A stretch of DNA of 64,000 nt, taken from the IMG/VR virus record IMGVR_UViG_3300035183_000841, positions 20,710-84,709 of that record, one strand, 5' to 3'. This stretch comes from a virus. The notes under the pieces were generated by a model. The model was not told the origin of the DNA. It ran no database searches and saw nothing but the letters and a program-made list of their open reading frames with translations. The position numbers were made by a program, and so were the translations under genes. Shown here piece after piece: positions 45,373 to 54,960 of this stretch (position 1 is its first letter; every line of letters begins with the position of its first letter).

Positions 45373-45636
45373 TCAGATCAAACCTCCAACATATCGTTTA
45401 CATAATCTGCACTTACTGTTGCTGTTCACCCATGATACCCTTTTCGGATTCCAGTACGACATCGATCTGAACAGTCCACAGACCGACACGTACTCCGGCT
45501 CTTCGAATGTTCTGTATTGTTCTACCACACACAAGTGAACGGTGTTATCGTACCAGCTCATCAGAGCGATGGGATTGAACATCGCATGCATGACTCTCTT
45601 TTCGGTTATGGATGGTTCACGTGTCTTTTTACTCAT
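45373..45636 (-). CDS. H-CG-CxxC Zn-finger-like protein
   Basis: TVHL...SVCG...KCRLC. Confidence 0.55.
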   Translation of the reverse strand: MSKKTREPSITEKRVMHAMFNPIALMSWYDNTVHLCVVEQYRTFEEPEYVSVCGLFRSMSYWNPKRVSWVNSNSKCRLCKRYVGGLI

Positions 45637-46009
45637 CAGAAATGCCTACGAATCTGCCCGAGCTGTCTCGCACGAATCGACCGCTCCGGCGCCGCTGCGT
45701 TTTCCTGATCTTCGCCTTCATGCTCATCGGGAGACTTGCCCCGATCTTGTGAATCTTAGAGTGCTCATTCTTAGTGCATAACCAAAGGTTCTCTATCCTG
45801 TTGTCATCTTTTATCTCATCTATGTGATGAACCACTTCATCCGGATCGAGGTAGCGCCCCAGGTAGTCCTCCATCACGAGACGATGTTCGAGGACCCATC
45901 CATCCCGTTGCGCGAAAGGATGTTCGGGGCACCACCGCTCGACGTATCCCCGCTCGTCGTACCGGCGAGGTCGAGTCGACCATTCGATCTTTTGCCAATC
46001 GTTCTTCAT
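45629..46009 (-). CDS. HNH homing endonuclease
   Basis: VLEHRLVME...[18 protein letters not shown]...EHSKIH; C-terminal RDSSGRF motif. Confidence 0.88.
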   Translation of the reverse strand: MKNDWQKIEWSTRPRRYDERGYVERWCPEHPFAQRDGWVLEHRLVMEDYLGRYLDPDEVVHHIDEIKDDNRIENLWLCTKNEHSKIHKIGASLPMSMKAKIRKTQRRRSGRFVRDSSGRFVGISDE

Positions 46010-46058
46010 GCGACTCCGATTCTACACCAAGTCGCCCGATACGTCTCAGAATCTCGGC

Positions 46059-46232
46059 ATGAAAGGATGGGTGTTCTGCCGGCTATGCGGCAGGCCGCTG
46101 CCGCCGTACATCGACGACGACATCTGCGGGACTTGTCGCGGCAAACAAGAACCGGTAAAGAAGGTTAAATCTTTGTGGGTTTTCCGTGAAATTTCCCAAC
46201 AAAAGCCCCGAAGTGTGCTACTGTCCCTATAA
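46059..46232 (+). CDS. Small Zn-finger protein
   Basis: CRLCG...ICGTC. Confidence 0.4.
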   Translation: MKGWVFCRLCGRPLPPYIDDDICGTCRGKQEPVKKVKSLWVFREISQQKPRSVLLSL

Positions 46233-46266
46233 GGGACTAAGGGACTAAGGGACTAAGGGACTAAAG
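46223..46266. repeat. (TAAGGGAC)x4 tandem repeat with adjacent inverted copy; candidate origin iterons
   Basis: Four exact copies at 46230-46261 preceded by GTCCCTA; at the coding-strand switch upstream of primase. Confidence 0.85.
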
Positions 46267-46684
46267 CCGATGGCCGAAGTCTCGTTGGCTCTAAGAGCCA
46301 ACGGCTTAATATGCCGACTGAATAACGTTAAAAGAGGTTATATTGTCTATATTCTCTACGGTCTTACGAAATCATCCCCCCCTTCGGGGGGGATTTAAGA
46401 AAGAGATTAAGAAAATCCTAAAGTCCTGGGCGTCTGTACCCTTCAAACTCCGCGGCAACCGGGCTTTCGGCCATCTAGAAAAAAGAAACAGAATTTCTCT
46501 TCTTGAATCTCTATGGCCAACGGCCTTATGGGCTGTGTATGTGTTAACTCTCTATTCACGGAAGACAAATAAGGCCGCCATCATGAAACTCTTTCTGGTT
46601 TTCCTTGCCGCCCAAACAACGGCTTTCAGGACGAAACCCCAGCGTAGAAGGGGTGAGTTAAACATTAAAATCGGTGAGGACTCG

Positions 46685-47668
46685 ATGCTCTCATTGCTGG
46701 ATGAGCTAGGTATATCTGTTAAAGGAGAAACTTCTACGCATTTCATCGCTTATTGCCCGTTCCATAACAATACCGATACCCCGGCTTTCAACATCGACAA
46801 ACGTCTTGGGGTCTGGAGGTGCTGGAATCCAGATTGCGGATCGTCCGGGACATTGGTAGCGCTAATCATGCGTATCGTTGGAGGTTCTGAAGCCAAAGCA
46901 CGAAGGATGATTGTCCGGCATGCCAGAGGAAAGGTAAGGTCGGCACGACGGATTGAATCCGAGCCTGACGACCTCAGCACTGATTCGATAGATGAAGAAT
47001 CTCTACTGAAAAATCTCAGACGAGATATCTCGAACCTCACGTACCTCGTGGAGAGAGGGTTCACCGAGAAGACCATCCGCGACTTCGAGGCAGGCTGGGA
47101 CGGCGAAGCGATCTGTATGCCGGTGCGTGATGAACAAGGACGACTGCTCGGACTCACGCGGAGGATTGTGAGCGGGAACGGGCCGAAGTATAAAGACAAT
47201 GATTTACCGAAAAGTAGGACCTTGTTTAACATCGATAAAGTCATCGATTCTCGAGAGGTCGTAGTAGTTGAAGGGCCGTTCGATGCGATGAAGGTTCACC
47301 AGGCAGGGTTCCCGGTCGTTGCCACGATGATGGGCGGACTTTCTGAAAGGCAGAAACGGTTGCTACTTAAACACTTCGACACGATTGTCATATTCACCGA
47401 TAACGATGAGGCCGGACGTAGGCTAGGCAAGCTCGTAGAGGACTCCTGCGCAGGTAAACGCATATATTGGGTCCCTTACCTGTACCCCGTAAAGGACCCC
47501 GGCGAGATGGATGATGAACAGATACGCGACTGTATCTCGAAAAAAATTCCCGCCTTCCTACTCAGGATGGGTAGGTATGGTAAGATGGGGACAAATCCCG
47601 AAAGGAGTGATATTGGATATGTCGAAGGGCACATTGACAGGGCTAAAGGCTCTGAAGAAGCTAGCTGA
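46685..47668 (+). CDS. dnaG: DNA primase (Zn-binding domain plus TOPRIM)
   Basis: CPFH...C..DC, VVEGPFDA, FTDNDEAG, KDPGE; GAGG SD before ATG 46685. Confidence 0.9.
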   Translation: MLSLLDELGISVKGETSTHFIAYCPFHNNTDTPAFNIDKRLGVWRCWNPDCGSSGTLVALIMRIVGGSEAKARRMIVRHARGKVRSARRIESEPDDLSTDSIDEESLLKNLRRDISNLTYLVERGFTEKTIRDFEAGWDGEAICMPVRDEQGRLLGLTRRIVSGNGPKYKDNDLPKSRTLFNIDKVIDSREVVVVEGPFDAMKVHQAGFPVVATMMGGLSERQKRLLLKHFDTIVIFTDNDEAGRRLGKLVEDSCAGKRIYWVPYLYPVKDPGEMDDEQIRDCISKKIPAFLLRMGRYGKMGTNPERSDIGYVEGHIDRAKGSEEAS

Positions 47669-48233
47669 GACAGGCTCAGAGAGACAGGATTCCTTCCTGA
47701 AGCTCAAAGACGGACAGTCTGTAACGATAAGGTTCCTACAGGAACTAGATGAAAGTGGAAAGTATTACGATGAATCACGTGGGCTCGCTGTGACGGTGTT
47801 TGAGCATCTCGATCCCGACAACCCATCCATCCGTTTCCTTTGCACTGCAGAGGAAGAAGGCAAGTGCGTAGGCTGCGAGCGTGTTGTCGTCTCGAACAGG
47901 TGGAAGCGGCGTTCCAGGATATTCATCAATGCATGGGTGGAAGAACTCCAAGCCACGAGGATTGTTGCGAGCGGGTTTTCCCCTAAAGGTATCGGCGGAG
48001 CGCTCATCGAGTATGCAGAGGACTTCAAGACCCTCTGTGACCGGAACTATAAGCTTAAGCGGAACGGAGAGGGCTTGAAGACGACGTACACCCTCCTTCC
48101 CCGCGAGGTATCCCAGTTCGATGTGGCCTCCAAGCCAATCATCGATCTGTCGCAGTTCACCAAGTACCGCACTTATGACGAGTGCCTCGCTATGGTGCAG
48201 GGCCAGAAGCAAGGAGATTCCTCTGGTTGGTAA
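47619..48233 (+). CDS. Single-stranded DNA-binding protein (gp32-like)
   Basis: LKLKDGQSVTIRFL, C..CVGC, YKLKRNGEGLKTTYTL. Confidence 0.72.
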   Translation: MSKGTLTGLKALKKLAETGSERQDSFLKLKDGQSVTIRFLQELDESGKYYDESRGLAVTVFEHLDPDNPSIRFLCTAEEEGKCVGCERVVVSNRWKRRSRIFINAWVEELQATRIVASGFSPKGIGGALIEYAEDFKTLCDRNYKLKRNGEGLKTTYTLLPREVSQFDVASKPIIDLSQFTKYRTYDECLAMVQGQKQGDSSGW

Positions 48234-48796
48234 TCTGCGTCGATATCGACGGGGTACTTGGTGATTTAGCCACTCCAGTGGGGGGTGAGCTCCTGAAGGC
48301 CCATGGGGTTCACCTCCCACCGGAGATTTCGTGGGAGGACCTACGGGACTTCCTCGCATCGAACAACATCGGTCATAACTGGATCAGGAAGTTGTTATCT
48401 GATGAGTGGTTCTGGGCAAGGGTGCCCCCATTCACAGAAAATATCGAGGCGGTACAGGCGTGGATAGATGCTGGACATGATGTCCACATACTCACTTCGC
48501 GGCCGCAATCAAGCATGATTCCGACGAGAGCGTGGTTGGCCAAGAACGGGGTGATGACCACGAAGGTCGCCTTCTATCCAGCCATGAAGAAATACGAATA
48601 TATGCAGAAAGTAGAAGCGGATTTCATCGTGGAGGACCTTTTCTACGAGGCATATAAGTGCTCTGCTTTCGGGTTCAGGAGTTATGTCGTCAGAAGGCCA
48701 TACAACGTGGAATTCGAAGAACGTATAATCAATAAACTATGTTCATTCATAGACACTTTGTGGGACATAGACCTGAACGAGGTGCGATATGAGTGA
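48227..48796 (+). CDS. HAD 5'(3')-deoxyribonucleotidase-like protein
   Basis: CVDIDGVL, ILTSRP, K, IVED. Confidence 0.8.
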   Translation: MVICVDIDGVLGDLATPVGGELLKAHGVHLPPEISWEDLRDFLASNNIGHNWIRKLLSDEWFWARVPPFTENIEAVQAWIDAGHDVHILTSRPQSSMIPTRAWLAKNGVMTTKVAFYPAMKKYEYMQKVEADFIVEDLFYEAYKCSAFGFRSYVVRRPYNVEFEERIINKLCSFIDTLWDIDLNEVRYE

Positions 48797-49277
48797 TATC
48801 AACGAAGATCTCTATTATCTGGGTCTAGCGAAATACGTTTCGCAGAGGGGGACATGCCCGGCCAAAAAAGTTGGTGCTGTCTTGGTGGACAAGGCAAGGG
48901 GGGTCGTCCTATCTGTGGGGGCTAACGGCGCTCCCGAAGGAACTGCTTTATGCGGGGAAGAATGTGCCACTAGAGAGGTCGGCGAGAATTCGAAAGCCTG
49001 TAGGGCGATACATGCGGAAGTTATGGCTATCATCAATGCGGCCAGACTAGGTGTCTCCGTAGATGGTGCTTCAGTGTATGTGACTATATCTCCTTGCCAA
49101 TCATGTGCTAGGATACTTATCCAGTCAGGTATAAAGGAAGTTGTCGCATCTGCGCATTCACCATATACGAAGGCGCTCGACCTCCTTTCAGAAGCTGGAG
49201 TTAAGGTTCGTATCCTTTCTGGGGTCAGCGTGCCGAAGCTGCGGGTGATCCCCGTCACTCAAATAGTGGAAGAATGA
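48789..49277 (+). CDS. dCMP deaminase
   Basis: KVGAVLV, GANGAP, IHAEVMAI, SPCQSC. Confidence 0.9.
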   Translation: MSDINEDLYYLGLAKYVSQRGTCPAKKVGAVLVDKARGVVLSVGANGAPEGTALCGEECATREVGENSKACRAIHAEVMAIINAARLGVSVDGASVYVTISPCQSCARILIQSGIKEVVASAHSPYTKALDLLSEAGVKVRILSGVSVPKLRVIPVTQIVEE

Positions 49278-49450
49278 TAAAAACAGTTCCATACGTAGAG
49301 GCAGTGAAGATAAAGCCACCGATATGGACGAGTGACGAGAGGTGGTGCTCCTGTCTCGTATGCGGCCGATTCACCGGGATTGCGATGGTGAAGCTGTGCG
49401 GCCGGATAGATTGCCAGAACATCTATTGGGAGAAGGAATCAGATGAGTGA
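49274..49450 (+). CDS. Small Cys-rich protein
   Basis: ATGA-coupled; CLVCG, CGRIDC. Confidence 0.45.
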   Translation: MIKTVPYVEAVKIKPPIWTSDERWCSCLVCGRFTGIAMVKLCGRIDCQNIYWEKESDE

Positions 49451-50732
49451 TTTCGTCCATCTGCACGTTCACACCATGGGGTCGTTGCTCGATGGCTTCG
49501 CAACGCCAGAAGAGGTCGCCGCACGTGCCAATACACTAGAACAGCCAGCAGTCGCCATCACGGATCATGGATCGTTGGCTTGCACTGTAAAGTTCTATGA
49601 GGAGTGCCGTAAAAACGGTGTCAAGCCGATCATAGGTGTCGAGGCGTATCTCGCCGATGACATGTCTTCGCGCAACAAAGAAGATGCCATCTACCATATC
49701 GGCTTTTTAGCGAAGAACAACGAGGGACTCCAGAAACTTTTTCGCATATCTGAGGCAGCATGGAACATTGGATTCTACAAGAAACCTCGTGTTGACTTGG
49801 ATTTCTTGTCATCACTCTCTTCAGGCAAAGAATCAGACTTGGTGGCTCTAACCGGATGCGTGGATGGCATTTTGAGTCGATCTCTTGCAGGAGATACGCC
49901 ATATACCCCACAGGATGTGATCGAGAAACTATCCTTATTCGAGCATCTATTCGTGGAGGTACAGCCGTGGAACCCCCCCGAATTGAACGAAGCATTACTT
50001 GCAGTAGCGGATTCTAATGGGCTGCAAGTAGTTGTTACGGCTGATGCACACTACGCTGACAAAGATGACAAGGTGGCTGCTGAGGTTGGGTTGCTCCTCT
50101 CTCAGGTGTCTTCTTTCAAGGATAGTGATAGGGAAAGAGCGATGGGGTTATTCACGGAGTCTCGCAGGTACGACCTTATGGAGAGGATAAACTTCTTGTG
50201 GCCCAATCGCAGGTTGCGGTTCGATAAATATGACAACTACCTGTTGTCTAGGACAGAGATCGAAAAATTCATGGTCGGTATGGGCATCGACAGGACGGAT
50301 ATCTACGACAATACCGTTGCGATAGCCGATCTCTGTGATGTTGAACTCGCCCTGGGCGGGAACAATCTGCCGCGATTCTCGAAGATGACCGACTCTGCTG
50401 AGTTCCTGAAAGAGGTTGCGTGGGAACGATTCGAGAAGTTGGGACTTGGTGAAGAATACGTGTCAAGGTTGGAAGATGAGCTGGACATCGTTATCAAATC
50501 CGGATTCGCAGACTATTTCTTAATCATCTGGGATATGGTGCATGCGAGTAAGACGAACGGCATCATGGTTGGGCCTGGACGCGGTTCTGTCGGCGGCTCA
50601 CTTCTCGCATATGTCCTAGGCATCACCGAGGTCGATCCTATAAAGTTCAATCTGATCTTCTGGAGGTTTCTGAATCTTGAAATCCAATATGACCCGAAAT
50701 TTAGAGAGATTAAGCTTTCTCGAACTGCTTGA
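49443..50732 (+). CDS. dnaE: DNA polymerase III alpha, N-terminal piece (PHP domain and start of palm)
   Basis: FVHLHVHT, AITDHG, TADAHY, GPGRGSVGGSLLAYVLGIT, RFLN, then stop. Confidence 0.92.
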   Translation: MSDFVHLHVHTMGSLLDGFATPEEVAARANTLEQPAVAITDHGSLACTVKFYEECRKNGVKPIIGVEAYLADDMSSRNKEDAIYHIGFLAKNNEGLQKLFRISEAAWNIGFYKKPRVDLDFLSSLSSGKESDLVALTGCVDGILSRSLAGDTPYTPQDVIEKLSLFEHLFVEVQPWNPPELNEALLAVADSNGLQVVVTADAHYADKDDKVAAEVGLLLSQVSSFKDSDRERAMGLFTESRRYDLMERINFLWPNRRLRFDKYDNYLLSRTEIEKFMVGMGIDRTDIYDNTVAIADLCDVELALGGNNLPRFSKMTDSAEFLKEVAWERFEKLGLGEEYVSRLEDELDIVIKSGFADYFLIIWDMVHASKTNGIMVGPGRGSVGGSLLAYVLGITEVDPIKFNLIFWRFLNLEIQYDPKFREIKLSRTA

Positions 50733-53043
50733 CCTGGTTAAGAAGTCAGAAAGAACGGTGCTTGACCCGAAATGGGTCGAGGATGAGTTGCTCGCAATAC
50801 GGGTTCTCGGCGGAGCAGAGGCGATGTTGCGATTGCTGCGGTCTGGGAAGAAATACACGAACGACTCAGGATCGTCCGTCGCTTATCTCATCGGGATAAC
50901 CGACTACGCACCGACCGGGCCAGCGGCGATTATCAACCAGGGGAGGGTCGAGCCTCCAGATATCGACCTAGACTTCGAAGATGCTAGACGTGATGAAGTT
51001 AAAGAATATCTCCGGCGTCGATGGAAGAACGTAACGAACATATCGGTATTTACGAAGTTCTCGTCGAGGAACCTCGTTAGGGATATCTCCAGGGCATTCG
51101 CCGTTCCGATTGATGATGTTAACAGGGTATGCAAGCAGTTCGAGGATATCGATACGTTCCTCTATTCTCACGATACGAAGTGGTTCAGAGATAAATACAG
51201 CGAGGTTGTCCATCTCGTTAAACGATTCGAGGGTAGATGGAGGCAGAGCGGCGTCCATGCAGCAGGAGTCGTGGTGGCCGGTAAAATGCTGACCGATATC
51301 CTGCCTTTGGAGTCTCGAGCCCAGCATGGACGTGAGCGAGTCCCTTGCGCTGCATACGATATGGAGGATTGCGCCAAGGTCGGTCTCATCAAGATGGATA
51401 TCCTCAGCTTGGAGATCCTTACCTGTATAAGGGAATGCCTCGACAAGATTAAGGAACGGCACGGCATAGAGGTAAACCTTCAGGACATACCTCTTGATGA
51501 CGAGACGGTGTTCAGGGAGCTATCGGAAGGTCATACCGTAGGAGTATTCCAAGCTGAAGCCGCCCCTCTTACGAAACTCATGAAAGAGATGGGCGTCGAC
51601 TCGTTCGCTGATATCGTTCTAGCGACTTCACTGGTAAGGCCAGGGGCACTCCTCACGGTGGGGGATTCGTGCATAAGGAGGAAGAAGGGGCTCGAGGAGA
51701 TTACCGAGATACACCCGATACTGACAGAGATCACGAAAGATACGTACAACCTCTTCATATTCCAGGAGCAACTCATAGAAGCACTCGTTAAGGTGGGCGG
51801 GTTCTCCTGGTCGGATGCAGATAAAGTTAGGAAGATCATCGGCAAGAAACAAGACCCAGAAGAATTCAAGAAATACGAAAAGAGGTGGCTTGAATCTGCC
51901 TCGAAGACACTCGGAAAGACTACATCTAAGAAACTATGGTCTGACTTTGAGAAGTTCTCAGGCTACGCCTTCAATAAAGCACATGCTACCGCATATTCGT
52001 TGATAACGTATCGCTGCATGTGGTTGAAAGCGCACTTCCCAGTGGAATATATGTATGCATTGTTCAAACATGAAACGAAGAGGGAAAAACTCACCACTTA
52101 TTACATGGAGGTGAAGCGTCTCGGAATAGAACTGTTGCCGCCAGACGTGAATAAGTCGGACACGTCCTTTTCCCTGGAAGGAGATTCCATACGTTATGGA
52201 CTGATGAACATCAAAGGGGTCGGCGCTGTCGCTGCAGAAGAGATCATCGCTAATCGACCTTATCAGTCTGTCGATGACTTCATCGCAAAGGTCGCCAGGA
52301 GGAAATGCACATCTGCAGTTGTCGCTCGTCTTCAAGAGGCTGGAGCGTTCTCGGAGATAGGGCATCCTGGTGATGAGCGTAAGGCGTATGAACTGCTCGG
52401 CATCGTAGACCTAGATGAGCTAGACATCCCCTTCGAAACCGTCGGTATCGGTGATATCGATGGGGCTGGGATTGTGAAAGCGATCGTCAAAGAAGTGAAG
52501 AAGTATTCGGACAACACCAGGATAACCATAGAAGATCAGTCTGGGTCGATGACGGTATATGTCGACTCCGGTGTCGTCGATGAGGATGCGGTCATCATCG
52601 GCTTGGTTTGCGGAAACAGGCTGGCCGGCTTCACTTATCTTGCTGACTACCAACAGAGGAAACGGGCCGGGCTGCCCCTCACTCCATTCGAACGGCTCTG
52701 TGAGGGAGATATCTTCTCAGAGGACGAGAAAGAGTTGTATAATCACGGTATCGGAAAACTCACCGACGCAAAGGCACTGGTCGCACCCCTGTCGGTGAGG
52801 ACATTCAAAACCAGGAAGGGTGAGTACATGGCCAGGGCCATAGTGACCGATGGGGAAAACGTAGAAGATATAGTGATATTTCCAAGCCAATACAAGAAGG
52901 TAGCCGCTTGGCTACAGCCGTATACGAAGATATGCATCAAGACAACCAGAACGGATAGCGGAGATCTCACCCTTGCCGATGATGGCCTCATCCTGGCCTC
53001 CAGGATTCTAGAGCTGAAGAGGGGGCAGGATGGGCGAACTTAG
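50677..53043 (+). CDS. dnaE: DNA polymerase III alpha, C-terminal piece (catalytic palm, fingers, HhH, OB)
   Basis: PDIDLDF, GVHAAGVV, KMDIL, GVFQ, YAFNKAHA, LPPDVNKS; GGAGG SD 10 nt before TTG 50677. Confidence 0.92.
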   Translation: MKSNMTRNLERLSFLELLDLVKKSERTVLDPKWVEDELLAIRVLGGAEAMLRLLRSGKKYTNDSGSSVAYLIGITDYAPTGPAAIINQGRVEPPDIDLDFEDARRDEVKEYLRRRWKNVTNISVFTKFSSRNLVRDISRAFAVPIDDVNRVCKQFEDIDTFLYSHDTKWFRDKYSEVVHLVKRFEGRWRQSGVHAAGVVVAGKMLTDILPLESRAQHGRERVPCAAYDMEDCAKVGLIKMDILSLEILTCIRECLDKIKERHGIEVNLQDIPLDDETVFRELSEGHTVGVFQAEAAPLTKLMKEMGVDSFADIVLATSLVRPGALLTVGDSCIRRKKGLEEITEIHPILTEITKDTYNLFIFQEQLIEALVKVGGFSWSDADKVRKIIGKKQDPEEFKKYEKRWLESASKTLGKTTSKKLWSDFEKFSGYAFNKAHATAYSLITYRCMWLKAHFPVEYMYALFKHETKREKLTTYYMEVKRLGIELLPPDVNKSDTSFSLEGDSIRYGLMNIKGVGAVAAEEIIANRPYQSVDDFIAKVARRKCTSAVVARLQEAGAFSEIGHPGDERKAYELLGIVDLDELDIPFETVGIGDIDGAGIVKAIVKEVKKYSDNTRITIEDQSGSMTVYVDSGVVDEDAVIIGLVCGNRLAGFTYLADYQQRKRAGLPLTPFERLCEGDIFSEDEKELYNHGIGKLTDAKALVAPLSVRTFKTRKGEYMARAIVTDGENVEDIVIFPSQYKKVAAWLQPYTKICIKTTRTDSGDLTLADDGLILASRILELKRGQDGRT

Positions 53044-54040
53044 CTTGGAAGAACTCATCAACCAGGTCAACGAGATAAACAGGAAGTTCGGCCAGAAAGT
53101 CATCGGTACCGGATCTGAATACAGCATACCAGCAAGAGTGCCAACGGGTTCGCTATCCTTGGACCATGCGTTGGGTGGCGGGTGGCCGGCTGGTCGATTC
53201 GTAATGCTTTGGGGGAATAGGTCTAGCGGGAAAAGCACACTCTGTTTGCGCAGCATAGCTGAAGCCCAGAGGGCCGGGATGAGGCGATGCCTCTATATCG
53301 ATGCAGAGAAAGGGTATGACGCCACTTGGGCGGAGAAGAATGGTGTCGATACAGAGTCGTTGTTGGTGATGAGGAAGAACAATCTCGACGACATCCTGTC
53401 CGCCACGAAAGATCTACTACAGAACAACATGGTCGATGTCATAGCACTGGATTCGATAAATACCATAAATTCACCGAAGTTCTTCGAAGAAGAGAACAAC
53501 TCTATAGGCCAGAACGCACGGGCTGTTGGTGAACTCCTTTCGAAGTGGAACGCCTGGAACCAGGATGCGCTGATAATCCTCATATCCCAGGCCAGGAACA
53601 AATTCGCCGGAACGATGGTGTTCGCTGATCATGGAGGAGGGCTTGCGGCAGAGCACTTCCCATCCGTCATCGTGAAACTATTCTCAGGTAAAGACAAAAC
53701 GTCATTCCTATACGAGAAGAAGAATGTCGGGGGCAGGGTCATAGAAGTTAAGATAGGCCAGATGATCAAATGGGAGATAACGAAGTCGAAGGTATCGAAC
53801 CCATTCTTGTCTGGACAGTTCCCTCTGTATGCAGATGGTAGACGCGATGACTCTATCGAACTCATCGACTTGGCCTTGAAATGCGGTGTGGTTGAAAGGG
53901 CTGGTAGTTGGTTCAAGATCGGTGACGAGAAGTTCCATGGCGAAAACGATCTGAGGAAGTTCATACAGGAGAACCAATCAGTATCTGAAGAGATCAAAAA
54001 GAAGGTGTTCGATGTTGAAGTTCCTCAAGAAGAAGATTGA
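53030..54040 (+). CDS. recA: RecA-like recombinase
   Basis: PTGSLSLDHALGGG, GNRSSGKST, YIDAE, IALDS, ISQ, GSWF. Confidence 0.92.
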   Translation: MGELSLEELINQVNEINRKFGQKVIGTGSEYSIPARVPTGSLSLDHALGGGWPAGRFVMLWGNRSSGKSTLCLRSIAEAQRAGMRRCLYIDAEKGYDATWAEKNGVDTESLLVMRKNNLDDILSATKDLLQNNMVDVIALDSINTINSPKFFEEENNSIGQNARAVGELLSKWNAWNQDALIILISQARNKFAGTMVFADHGGGLAAEHFPSVIVKLFSGKDKTSFLYEKKNVGGRVIEVKIGQMIKWEITKSKVSNPFLSGQFPLYADGRRDDSIELIDLALKCGVVERAGSWFKIGDEKFHGENDLRKFIQENQSVSEEIKKKVFDVEVPQEED

Positions 54041-54218
54041 GCAAGAAGAGCCTGAGGAGCAGAAACTACAGGTGCGCAATAAGTTCCAAGCTACTATCCA
54101 GTGCGACGGTTGTGAGTATTGGGGCAAGATGGAGGGTGGGGTTCTTGTGGATGACCCTCAAACCGCAGTGTTCATATGCCCCGAATGCGAATCGCTGAAG
54201 AAAGTGAAGTGGTTTTAG
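54012..54218 (+). CDS. Small Zn-ribbon protein
   Basis: CDGC and CPEC. Confidence 0.55.
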   Translation: MLKFLKKKIEQEEPEEQKLQVRNKFQATIQCDGCEYWGKMEGGVLVDDPQTAVFICPECESLKKVKWF

Positions 54219-54508
54219 TGAGCGAGGCATCGGTAGCGAAGAAGATTGGGGCCAAAAAGGTCAAGAACTCGGGGCGCGGCTTGAGGAAGGGCGACATGAT
54301 CAAAGGCAGGGTCGTCTTCGACCTCAAAGAGGTCGAGAGGTCTTTCTCACTGAATAAGTCTGTATGGGCCAAGGTATGTACTGATGCATCCACGTATGGA
54401 TGGGAATACGTCCCGGTTTTATTGGTCGAGTTCAAAGATGGGATGAGACTGGTAGTGATGGATTACGATGATTGGGAGGAAGGATGGCAGATCCGAGGTA
54501 TCTCGTGA
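54218..54508 (+). CDS. PD-(D/E)xK nuclease / Holliday junction resolvase-like protein
   Basis: E...NSGRG..KGD...FDLKE. Confidence 0.65.
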   Translation: MSEASVAKKIGAKKVKNSGRGLRKGDMIKGRVVFDLKEVERSFSLNKSVWAKVCTDASTYGWEYVPVLLVEFKDGMRLVVMDYDDWEEGWQIRGIS

Positions 54509-54762
54509 AGAAGGCGGTCGAGCGTCTCGATGCGGTTATCGACTCGCCGATGGTGCCAAAAGAAGAGTTGGTACCCATGATGAATGAGCTGGCGGCGATA
54601 GTAGGGCACCTCTACTTGGCGGCCCATGATGCAGAGAACAAGGAGGAGGCTAGGAAGATAAAGGATCTCATCAAGGGATTAGAGGGGCTTATAGGAACGC
54701 TGAAGTATCAGTACAGGTCATACACAGATTTCAAAAACTACTGGGCCGGGGAGGCAGAGTGA
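54484..54762 (+). CDS. Hypothetical helical protein
   Basis: GGAGG SD. Confidence 0.55.
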   Translation: MADPRYLVKKAVERLDAVIDSPMVPKEELVPMMNELAAIVGHLYLAAHDAENKEEARKIKDLIKGLEGLIGTLKYQYRSYTDFKNYWAGEAE

Positions 54763-54959
54763 TATTCCTGTGGGTTCTGGTATCTCCGGAAGGGGTTAGG
54801 TGCTTCCTGTCAGAAAGCATAGCTATTCATGAGATGAATAATTATGCAGAAAAGCACGGATATGTAGTTTACTCCTCAGGCAGGGAAGATTACCTATACG
54901 CCGGACCAGAACCGGGAGAAGAAGTCGCGACCCTAAACTACGTGAAAGTAGAGATGTGA
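54759..54959 (+). CDS. Hypothetical protein
   Basis: GGAGG SD; GTGA coupling. Confidence 0.5.
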   Translation: MIFLWVLVSPEGVRCFLSESIAIHEMNNYAEKHGYVVYSSGREDYLYAGPEPGEEVATLNYVKVEM

Positions 54960-54960
54960 T

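Noticed and set aside
46230-46261. TAAGGGAC repeats as a CRISPR array or telomere
   Set aside because: The 8-bp units have no spacers; only four copies, internal to the sequence
46343-46684. N-terminal extension of the primase ORF
   Set aside because: Crosses the repeat and palindrome region; a good SD and ATG exist at 46685 just before the CPFH motif
50640-50960. Split intein or group I intron at the dnaE break
   Set aside because: No intein N- or C-terminal motifs; the intervening DNA encodes a recognisable duplicate of DnaE sequence; no intron core recognised, although this was not tested computationally
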